Assembly: GCA_023251835.1 (NCBI GenBank)
Contig: JAHEXZ010000015.1
Location: 25,568 to 89,567, forward strand
Direction of reading: 5' to 3'
Origin: Bacteroidota bacterium
GTDB lineage: Bacteria > Bacteroidota > Bacteroidia > 2-12-FULL-35-15
Length of the DNA: 64,000 nucleotides
A program made the translations under genes and the position numbers. Of this stretch, positions 1-8,900 are shown in pieces (position 1 is the first letter of the stretch; each line of letters begins with the position of its first letter). The notes under the pieces were generated by a model. It worked only from the letters and a program-made list of their open reading frames with translations, was not told the DNA's origin and did no database searches.

Positions 1-715
1 AACAGGTGCTGTAAAAGGAATTGGTGAAGCAATTGCAAAAAAATTAACCAGGGAAGGTTGTTTTGTTGTGGCTATAGATATTGATGAGTTAAACGGAAAA
101 AAACTTATAGCAGAATTTGGAAAAGATAAATTATGCTTTATAAAGGCTGATATTGCCCACGAAAAAGAAGTTTGTCAGTTGTTTGAAAAAGTAATTGATA
201 AATATAAGCAGGTGGATATATTGGTGAATAATGCAGGCGTTATCCGCGATAACATGATTTGGAATATGTCTATTGATGATTTTGATACAGTGATGAATAT
301 AAATTTGAAAGGTACCTGGCTAATGTGCCGTGAGGCTGCAAAACTTATGAAAAAACAAAATTCGGGGCGAATCATTAACATAGCTTCACGTGCATGGCTT
401 GGAAACAGGGGACAATCTAACTATTCAGCATCAAAAGCCGGTGTGGTTGCAATGACAAGGGTGCTTGCTCTTGAGCTTGGAAAATACAATGTTTTGGTGA
501 ATGCTATTGCTCCCGGATTAATCGATACACCTCTCACTAAAAAATTAGAAACAGATGTTTTGCAAAAACTGATTGAAGCACAACCAACAAAATCAATGGG
601 GAAACCTGATGATATAGCAAATGTTGTAGCGTTTCTGGCTAACGAAAAAACACAGTTCATCACAGGACAAACACTATATGTGGATGGAGGGAAAAGTATA
701 GGGGCTGGAATTTGA
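1..715 (+). CDS. Short-chain dehydrogenase/reductase (FabG-like), 5' end cut by window edge
   Basis: The frame starting at nt 2 reads TGAVKGIGEAIAKKL (TGxxxGIG Rossmann motif) and is continuous with ORF 68..715. NNAG, S...YSASK (YxxxK) and PGLIDT motifs are present. Confidence 0.85.
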   Translation, partial: TGAVKGIGEAIAKKLTREGCFVVAIDIDELNGKKLIAEFGKDKLCFIKADIAHEKEVCQLFEKVIDKYKQVDILVNNAGVIRDNMIWNMSIDDFDTVMNINLKGTWLMCREAAKLMKKQNSGRIINIASRAWLGNRGQSNYSASKAGVVAMTRVLALELGKYNVLVNAIAPGLIDTPLTKKLETDVLQKLIEAQPTKSMGKPDDIANVVAFLANEKTQFITGQTLYVDGGKSIGAGI

Positions 716-727
716 TAATTAATAAAA

Positions 728-805
728 TTGGAGAGTTGGAGATTTGGAGAATCCTGACCTGTCGTCAGGACAGGTTGGTGAGTTAAAGATTCTACAATCT
801 CCAAA
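728..805 (+). repeat. Three phased TTGGAGA repeats plus one inverted copy enclosing two mutually exclusive hairpins
   Basis: TTGGAGA occurs at 728, 736 and 744, with an inverted copy TCTCCAA at 798-804. The inner hairpins are tcctgac/gtcagga (752-770) and cctgtc/gacagg (758-774). Confidence 0.5.
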
Positions 806-835
806 TTAATAAATCAATAAATCAACAATTTATGT

Positions 836-3652
836 ATGAAACCAATAACCATCAAAATAAATAAAAGGGAATATCATTTTTTAGCGGATGAACATGAGAT
901 GTTGTCGAATGTTATTCGTAAAAAAGCCGGATTGACTGGAACAAAAATTGGCTGTGAGCAGGGAAGCTGTGGAGCATGCACTGTTTTAATGGATGGAAAG
1001 CCTGTTTTAAGTTGTATTACACCTGCACATCGCTGTAACAATGTAGAAGTAACAACCATTGAGGCACTTTCTAAAAATGGAGAACTTCATAAGTTACAGC
1101 AAAAATTTGTTGAAAAAGGAGCTGTTCAATGTGGGTTTTGTACGCCAGGGATGGTAATGACGGCACTTGATTTTGTCGAAAACACTCCTTCTCCCTCAGT
1201 TGAAGAAATCAAAGGTGCATTGTCAGGAAATCTTTGCCGTTGTACAGGATATAAAAAAATTGTTGAAGCTGTTGCAGAGTATGTGACGGAAGTTAAAAGT
1301 TTAAAGCCCGAAGTTGAAAGTTCTGATAATTGCCGGGAAAAAAAGTTGAAAGCGGTTGGTTTGCCAAGACCTTATATTGAAGCTGAAAAGAAAGTAAAAG
1401 GTGCTGCTGAATATGCTGATGATATTGACTTAAAGAATGTGCTGCATTGCAAGTTCCTGAGAAGTATACACCCCCATGCAAAAATTGAAGATATTGATTA
1501 TTCAGAGGCATTAAAAATTCAGGGGGTGCATTATATTGTTACCGGAAGAGAGTTGCCTGTAAAATTTGGAGTGCTTCCCATTTCACAGGATGAAACAGCT
1601 ATTGCTGTGGAAAAAGTGAGATATGTTGGTGAAATTATTGCAGCTGTGGCAGCAGATACAGAAGAAATTGCTGTTGAAGCATGTAAACGTATCAGGGTGA
1701 AATATACTCCCATTAGGGAATTTCTGACAATAGACGAATCGTTAAATGACATTGGTGCCAACGAAAAGATTCATGAATATGGAAAATTTAATAACAATAT
1801 TCATAAGAAGGCGGAACTTCGTTTTGGTGATCAGCAGCAGGGTATAAAGGAGTCTGACGTTACAAGTAAAATGTTTTTTGAATTTGAAGGCATTAATCAT
1901 GGTTTTACAGAGCCTCATGCTGCAACTGCTTATTGGGATGAGAACGGGCTAACGATAATTACAGCTACTCAGGTGCCGCATTATCTGCACCGTGCATTGG
2001 CAAAAGTAATGGAAATACCACTAAGCCGTGTACGTGTTATAAAACCTTATGTTGGTGGCGGGTTTGGCGGAAAAGGAGATCCCTTTCCGCATGAAATAAT
2101 AATCTCTCATCTTTCCAGAAAAATGGGTTGTCCGGTACGTGTCCGTTTATCACGTGAAGAGGTATTTTTAACAAATCATGGAAGGCATCCTTCCCGAATG
2201 TCTGTTGAAATGGGCATCTCAAAAGATGGTACTTTAAAAGTGCTCGATGCTGATATTGCTATTGATGGTGGTGCTTATGGCAGTTTTGGTGTGGTAACTT
2301 CCTACTATAATGGAGTATTGTTACAGGCCCCTTATAAATTAAATAATTTTGGATTCAGAACTTTTAGGGTTTATACCAATAAACCTCAATGTGGTGCAAT
2401 GCGCGGGCATGGTGCTGTTAATTCGCGTTTTGCTGTAGAATCACTCATAGACGACCTGGCATATAAAATCAACATGGATCCTTGTGAATTGAGGATAAAA
2501 AATTTTCTGGATTCAAATACGCTCACCGTGGGCCAGTATCGGATCACTTCCAATGGAAGCAGGGAATCATTACAGAAAGTGATGGAGCAGTCGGATTGGG
2601 AAAAACGTTTTAAAAAATTGGAGCACGGGCACGGACTGGGTGTTGGCTGCGGCTTTTTCATTAGCGGAAGTGCTTTACCAATTATATGGAATGAATTGCC
2701 TCAATCAGTAGTTCATCTGAAGGTAGATTTTGATGGCCGGGTAGTGATTGCTTCAGGAGCCAGTGATATAGGGCAGGGGAGTGATACAATGCTTGCTATT
2801 ATTGTTTCTGAAGTATTAGGTTTGAGTCTTGACAGGATAGCTGTACTTGCTGCGGACACACTTCTTACTCCCGTTGATTTAGGCAGCTATTCAAGCAGGG
2901 TAACATTTATGGCCGGCAATGCAGCAAAAGATGCGGCCGAAAATCTTAAAAAAGAAATTTCATCTTCAATTGAAAAGAAAAAAGGTATAGCAACAGATGA
3001 ATTGAATTTTTCTGAAAACAGAGTTTTCAGTAATAATAAAGAAGTTGATTTGAGCTGGAATGAAGCTATTGACATTTTAACAGCTAATCGTGGCGCAGTG
3101 AGTGTGAGTGGAAAATATATTTCACCCAAGCTGGGTGGTGATTTTAAAGGTGCTGGTGCCGGATTAAGTCCTTCTTATTCTTTTGGTGCTTGTGTTGCAG
3201 AGGTAAAGGTAGATACTGAAACAGGAATTGTAAAACTGTTAAACGTATGGGGAGCACATGATTGCGGAAAAGCAATTAATCCGCTTGCTGTGGAAGGACA
3301 GTTGGAAGGCTCATGGCACATGGGAATTGGACAGGCAATGTCAGAACAGATGAAATATTACAAAGGTCTTTTGTTGAACAACAATTTTTTAGATTACAAA
3401 ATCCCTACTACTCTTGATACTCCTGAAATACACACTAATATTATTGAATCCAACGACCCGGAAGGCCCTTTTGGTGCTAAGGAATGTGGTGAAGGAGCTT
3501 TGCATCCTGTTATTCCTGCAATAGCAAATGCCATTTATAACGCGGTAGGAGTGAGAATTACAAGGCTGCCAATAAGTGCCGAAGATGTTTTAGGTCTTCT
3601 ACAAATTACGAATAGAGGCGAATTACGGATGCATACAAATGCAGATTCGTGA
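836..3652 (+). CDS. Xanthine-dehydrogenase-family molybdoenzyme with fused [2Fe-2S] (gamma) and molybdopterin-binding (alpha) subunits
   Basis: 938 aa. The N-terminus has CEQGSCGACTV, QCGFCTPGM and NLCRCTGY (two 2Fe-2S motifs). These are followed by the YVGGGFGGK and GAKECGEGA...PAIANAI Mo-subunit motifs. Confidence 0.85.
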   Translation: MKPITIKINKREYHFLADEHEMLSNVIRKKAGLTGTKIGCEQGSCGACTVLMDGKPVLSCITPAHRCNNVEVTTIEALSKNGELHKLQQKFVEKGAVQCGFCTPGMVMTALDFVENTPSPSVEEIKGALSGNLCRCTGYKKIVEAVAEYVTEVKSLKPEVESSDNCREKKLKAVGLPRPYIEAEKKVKGAAEYADDIDLKNVLHCKFLRSIHPHAKIEDIDYSEALKIQGVHYIVTGRELPVKFGVLPISQDETAIAVEKVRYVGEIIAAVAADTEEIAVEACKRIRVKYTPIREFLTIDESLNDIGANEKIHEYGKFNNNIHKKAELRFGDQQQGIKESDVTSKMFFEFEGINHGFTEPHAATAYWDENGLTIITATQVPHYLHRALAKVMEIPLSRVRVIKPYVGGGFGGKGDPFPHEIIISHLSRKMGCPVRVRLSREEVFLTNHGRHPSRMSVEMGISKDGTLKVLDADIAIDGGAYGSFGVVTSYYNGVLLQAPYKLNNFGFRTFRVYTNKPQCGAMRGHGAVNSRFAVESLIDDLAYKINMDPCELRIKNFLDSNTLTVGQYRITSNGSRESLQKVMEQSDWEKRFKKLEHGHGLGVGCGFFISGSALPIIWNELPQSVVHLKVDFDGRVVIASGASDIGQGSDTMLAIIVSEVLGLSLDRIAVLAADTLLTPVDLGSYSSRVTFMAGNAAKDAAENLKKEISSSIEKKKGIATDELNFSENRVFSNNKEVDLSWNEAIDILTANRGAVSVSGKYISPKLGGDFKGAGAGLSPSYSFGACVAEVKVDTETGIVKLLNVWGAHDCGKAINPLAVEGQLEGSWHMGIGQAMSEQMKYYKGLLLNNNFLDYKIPTTLDTPEIHTNIIESNDPEGPFGAKECGEGALHPVIPAIANAIYNAVGVRITRLPISAEDVLGLLQITNRGELRMHTNADS

Positions 3653-3729
3653 TTCGTCTGATATTAGAAAAAAGTAAATGGCAGACAAAGATTCGTAATT
3701 GGTTAAAATTCGTAATTCGTGGTATATAA

Positions 3730-4662
3730 ATGATAAAAGAAAGATTATATCTCCAACCTGAAACTGCTGAAGAAGCGGTTAGAATGGCACATCAATATGA
3801 AAGGGATTTTCGTTTTATTGCTGGTGGAACGGATGTTATTGTAAATAAATTCCAGGGGAATGATTCTACATCCTGCCTCATTGATATTACCGGAATAAAT
3901 GAGTTGAAACAGGTGATAAGAAATGGGAAGCATCTGAAAATAGGAGCTGTTGTTTCTTTGGAAGAACTATACAAACATATTGAAATTAAAAAAGAATTTC
4001 CAATACTGTCGGAGGCTGCCCGTGCGGTGGCTTCACCCGTAATACGCAAAACGGCTACTATAGGAGGTAATTTACTGTGTGAGAATCGTTGTGTGTTTTA
4101 TAATCAGAGTGAATGGTGGAGGGAGGCTGCGGGATATTGTCTGAAGTGCAGTGGTGATGTTTGTATTGCTACCGGAGGGAAGAAAAATTGTTTCTCAAAG
4201 TTTGTTTCGGATATGGCTGTGGCTCTTATTGCTCTGGATGCTTGTTTAGAGGTTGTAGAATATGGGGGAAGCTATATAATCCCCTTGGAAGATATTTATA
4301 CCGGTGATGGAGTAAAACCCCGGAGATTTAACAGAACATCTCTTATTAAAGCAATACATATACCGCTTCACAATGGCCAGCGTTCTGTATTTAAAAAGTT
4401 GCGTCAGCGCGAAAGCATAGAGTTCACTTCTCTTACAACTGTAGTATCGGTAAATAAATATGGAAAAATAAAAATTGTACTTGGCGGTGTTGATCCTAAG
4501 CCAATTATTGTTGAAGGAACGTCAGAGGCTAATGAGCAGGAACTTATCAGGCAGGCTGTGAAAAAGGCCAGGATAATCGATAATGATGTGTTCTCGCGGA
4601 AATACAGAAAGGAAATGGTAACTGTATTTTTAAACAACAGCTTTAAGGAACTAAAACAATAA
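3730..4662 (+). CDS. FAD-binding (CoxM/XdhB-type) subunit with a Cys-rich insertion, HcrB-like
   Basis: Contains FIAGGTDV and ATIGGNL FAD-subunit motifs. An insertion of about 38 aa with six Cys sits between GGNL and SDMAVAL. The gene is 78 nt downstream of the Mo subunit gene. Confidence 0.85.
   Translation: MIKERLYLQPETAEEAVRMAHQYERDFRFIAGGTDVIVNKFQGNDSTSCLIDITGINELKQVIRNGKHLKIGAVVSLEELYKHIEIKKEFPILSEAARAVASPVIRKTATIGGNLLCENRCVFYNQSEWWREAAGYCLKCSGDVCIATGGKKNCFSKFVSDMAVALIALDACLEVVEYGGSYIIPLEDIYTGDGVKPRRFNRTSLIKAIHIPLHNGQRSVFKKLRQRESIEFTSLTTVVSVNKYGKIKIVLGGVDPKPIIVEGTSEANEQELIRQAVKKARIIDNDVFSRKYRKEMVTVFLNNSFKELKQ
4078..4191 (+). other. Cys-rich insertion loop (C117,C121,C137,C140,C145,C154), putative extra [4Fe-4S] site
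   Basis: Sequence is LLCENRCVFYNQSEWWREAAGYCLKCSGDVCIATGGKKNC. The paralogous FAD subunit at 40394..41284 lacks it (GGNLCTASPSGDIACAL). Confidence 0.6.
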
Positions 4663-4685
4663 ATAAATACCAGGCTAATTTTTTT

Positions 4686-5870
4686 ATGCTAATGAAACAG
4701 AAAGGGAAAACAAATCTTATCATAACTATAGGGTTAGCACTTTCCCTTGTCATTTTTTTTATAGATATACATACTCCTCTTGGAATTGCCGATGGCATCT
4801 GTTATATAGCCGTTATGCTCCTTTCTATGTGGTCTGATGATAAAAGGCTGACTATAATGGCTGCTGCAACAGGTACTATTCTGATAATAGCCGGCTATTT
4901 TTTTTCTCCACCAGCACCTCTCATTGCAGAACCTTATATTGCCATTACTAATAGGTTACTTTCTATAGTTGTTGTTATTATATGTGCTTTGGTGATAATC
5001 AAATACAAAAAAGTTGAACAGTTAACTATGGAACAACAGTCGGAATTAGAGGAATTAAATAAAAACTTAAAGGCTACAAATTTGCAGTTAGAAGAACGTG
5101 TCAGAGAACGAACTTCAGTTCTTGAGGGGGCACTTGTAAAACTCAAAAAATCAGAAGAAGAATTACAGAAATTATTAGCGCACGAAAAAGAGTTAAATGA
5201 ACTAAAAACACGTTTTGTTTCAACGGCTTCACATGAGTTCAGAACTCCACTTACAACAATATTGTCTTCCCTTTCTCTTATTTCAAGGTATGGGGAACAA
5301 AACGATAAGGAAAAACAAAACAAACACATTGATCGGATTAAATCTGCTGTTTCCCAACTTACAGAGATTCTAAATGATATGCTTTCTATCAGCAAGCTCG
5401 AAGAAGGAAGAATAATAGTATCGTATGAAAAATTTCATGTAAACACTTTGGTATCCGGAGTTGTCAGGGAAATGCAACTTATAACAAAACCAAACCAAAA
5501 AATTGAATACGATCACTTTGGTGAGGAGGAGGTAGTGCTGGATAAAAAAATATTGCAACATATTTTGTTAAACCTTATCTCTAATTCTATTAAATTTTCC
5601 GATGAAGGCAGCGTTGTTCAGCTTGTTACTGAAGTGAACAATTTTTGTTTTAAACTTAAGGTAAAAGATTCAGGAGTTGGAATACCAGAGGAAGACCAAA
5701 AACATTTATTTAAACGATTTTTCAGGGGCAACAACGTTTCAGCTATACAGGGAACGGGGTTAGGACTTAACATAGTAGCAAAATATGTTGAAACAATGAA
5801 TGGGACGGTTGATTTTACCAGCAAATTGGGCGTGGGAACTACTTTTAATATTGAATTTCAGGTAGCTTAA
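4686..5870 (+). CDS. Membrane sensor histidine kinase with no adjacent response regulator
   Basis: The N-terminus is hydrophobic and is followed by a coiled coil. It has the H-box SHEFRTPL, the N-box LLNLISNSIKF, and G-boxes DSGVGI and GTGLGLNIV. Confidence 0.85.
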   Translation: MLMKQKGKTNLIITIGLALSLVIFFIDIHTPLGIADGICYIAVMLLSMWSDDKRLTIMAAATGTILIIAGYFFSPPAPLIAEPYIAITNRLLSIVVVIICALVIIKYKKVEQLTMEQQSELEELNKNLKATNLQLEERVRERTSVLEGALVKLKKSEEELQKLLAHEKELNELKTRFVSTASHEFRTPLTTILSSLSLISRYGEQNDKEKQNKHIDRIKSAVSQLTEILNDMLSISKLEEGRIIVSYEKFHVNTLVSGVVREMQLITKPNQKIEYDHFGEEEVVLDKKILQHILLNLISNSIKFSDEGSVVQLVTEVNNFCFKLKVKDSGVGIPEEDQKHLFKRFFRGNNVSAIQGTGLGLNIVAKYVETMNGTVDFTSKLGVGTTFNIEFQVA

Positions 5871-5906
5871 ATTTATTTAAGATTGGTTTATACAAAAAAA
5901 TAGAAG

Positions 5907-8900
5907 ATGGCAAACAAAGTAAAAATCATGGATGGCAATGAAGCTGCAGCTTATATTGCATATAAAACAAATGAAGTTTGTGCAATTTATCCGATTACAC
6001 CATCTTCGGCTATGGGTGAATTTTGCGATGAATGGTCGGCTGCCGGAATTAAAAATGTATTTGGCCAGGTTCCAAGAGTGATGGAGATGCAAAGTGAAGG
6101 TGGTGCTGCAGGAGCAGTACATGGTGCCTTACAAGGCGGTACTTTAGCTTCTACATTTACTTGTTCACAAGGATTATTGCTGATGATTCCCAATATGTAC
6201 AAAATTGCGGGTGAACTTACACCTGTCGTTTTCCATATTGCAGCACGTACTTTGGCAACACATGCACTATCCATTTTTGGAGATCATTCCGATGTTATGT
6301 CTGTTCGCCAAACCGGCTGGGCAATGTTATTTAGCCGTAATTCACAGGAAGCAATGGATATGGCTCTGATAGCGCAAGCCGCTACGTTGAAAACCCAGAT
6401 TCCGTTTTTGAATATTTTTGATGGTTTCAGAACTTCACATGAATTAACTAAAGTGGAAATAATACCAGATGAAGTTATTCTGGAAATGATAGACGAAGAT
6501 GAGCTACTTGCATTCAGAAAACGTGCTATGTCAACGGAGAATCCCTCTATCAGGGGGACTGCTCAAAATCCGGATGTGTTTTTTCAAAGTCGTGAAGCCG
6601 CTAATAAATATTATGCTGCTGCTCCCGGTATTGTTTCGGAAACAATGGAGAAGTTTGGGCAACTCACCGGCAGAAATTATAAACTTTACGAATATTATGG
6701 ACATGCAAACCCTGACAGAATAGTTATTATCATGGGATCAGGGGCAGGAGCTGTGAATGAAACTGCTAATTATTTGAATGAACAGGGAGAAGCTGTTGGA
6801 TACTTGTATATACGTTTGTTTCGGCCTGTAGATGTTAAAGAATTGATTCAAAATATTCCCGGATCAGTAAAAAATATTTGTGTGCTCGACCGTTGCAAAG
6901 AACCTGGAGCTATTGGAGATCCTTTGTATATGGATGTTATAAATAGTATAGCTGAAACATGGCAGGGTGAAAAACCTAAAGTTATTGCAGGACGCTATGG
7001 ACTTGCTTCTAAAGAGTTTACTCCTGCAATGGTAAAATCTATTTTTGATGAATTAAAAAAAGGTATCCCTAAAAATCATTTTACAATTGGGATCAATGAT
7101 GATGTAACACATACCAGTTTGGATTATGACAAAACATTCTCATTGGAGAAACAACATTTATTCAGGGGTTTGTTTTACGGATTGGGTGCAGATGGTACTG
7201 TAAGCGCAAATAAAAATTCTATAAAAATCATCGGGGAAACCACTACTAATTATGTGCAAGGCTATTTTGTGTATGACTCAAAAAAATCAGGTTCATTAAC
7301 TGTTTCACATTTACGCTTTGGAAAAAATCCTATTCAATCAACCTATTTAATTAACTCTGCCAATTTTATTGCCTGCCATCAGTTTAACTATATCAATAAA
7401 TATGACATTCTGAAAGATGCTGAAAAGGGTGCTACTTTTTTACTGAATACTCCATATACTATGGAGCAGGTATGGAATAAAATGCCTCAATATGTTCAGG
7501 AACAAATTATTTCCAAAGAACTAAAATTTTATGTTGTAAATGCCTCTAAAGTGGCACGTGAAACAGGTATGGGGTCGCGTATAAATACTATTTTACAGAC
7601 TTGTTTTTTTGCTGTTTCAGGAATACTTACAAGAGAAGATGCGATACAAAAAATAAAAGATGCTACCCAAAAAACATACGCTGCAAAAGGTGAAAAAGTA
7701 GTTCTTAAAAATTTTGAGGCAATTGATAAAACAATAGAAAATCTTCAGCAGATTGATTACTCAAAGTACACCGTAGGAACTGTCAAAACAGAAAAACTTG
7801 TTTCGGATAATGCCCCTGATTTTGTAAAAAATGTACTGGAAAAAATACTTTCTTTTGAAGGAGACAGTTTGCCTGTAAGTGCTTTTCCTGTGGATGGAAC
7901 ATACCCTGTTGGAACTACTCAGTATGAAAAAAGAAATATTGCTGATAAAGTACCTGTTTGGGATGAAGCGCTGTGTTCACAATGTGGTAAATGTTTTCTG
8001 ATTTGCCCGCATGCAGCCATACGCTGTAAAGTATATAACAAAGAGCATCTTGCCGGTACCCCGGAAACATTCAAACATGCGGCTCCTGTTGGTAAAGAAT
8101 TTGAAAAAGAAAAAGAAGCCTATACATTACAGGTTTCTGTAGAAGATTGTACTGGCTGTAATTTATGTGTTGAATATTGCCCAATGACAAGCAAAACGGA
8201 TGTTAAGCATAAGGCAATAAATATGCAGGAGCAACTGCCTTTGAAAAAAACTGAAATAAAAAATTGGGAATTCTTTTTGTCGATTCCCGAAATTGACCGT
8301 TCTCGCGTGAATAAGAATACAGTAAAGGGTACACAGTTGTTACAACCTTTATTTGAATTCTCAGGTGCATGTTCCGGTTGTGGCGAAACACCTTATGTAA
8401 AGCTCTTATCACAACTCTATGGCGACAGGATGGTGGTTGCAAATGCAACAGGATGCTCATCCATTTACGGTGGCAACCTGCCAACAACACCATGGACAGT
8501 CAATAAGGAAGGATACGGACCGGCATGGGCAAATTCATTGTTTGAAGACAATGCTGAATTTGGACTTGGAATAAAAATGGCGTATGATAAAAAAACAGAG
8601 ATTGCAAAAGCAATACTGGAAAACAATAAAGATAGTATTGGTGAAAGTTTTGTAAATGAACTATTAAATGCCGACCAAAGTTCAGAAGCAGGCATTCGTA
8701 AACAACACATGGCCATCAAAGAACTTCGTAATCGTATTACATCAATAAATAGTTTTGAGATGAAGCAATTGAACCTTGTTGCTGACCATCTTTTAAAAAA
8801 ATCACACTGGATTATTGGTGGCGATGGATGGGCTTATGACATTGGTTTTGGCGGTTTAGACCATGTGCTTTCGACAGGGGAGAATGTAAACATTATTGTA

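Noticed and set aside
421-804. Long antisense or shadow ORFs in the track, for example 421..804(-), 19702..20094(+), 41046..41561(+), 41851..42264(+), 59826..60215(+), 62169..62567(+) and 4934..5395(-).
   Set aside because: Each lies entirely inside a much longer opposite-strand ORF that has clear family motifs. Their translations are low-complexity or Ser/Phe/Leu/Cys-rich and contain no recognisable motif. This is typical of shadow frames in AT-rich DNA.
716-835. A Moco (molybdenum cofactor) riboswitch upstream of the molybdoenzyme gene.
   Set aside because: The region is only 120 nt. I could not recognise the conserved Moco-motif junction sequences from memory. It is kept only as an unexplained structured element, pending a covariance-model scan.
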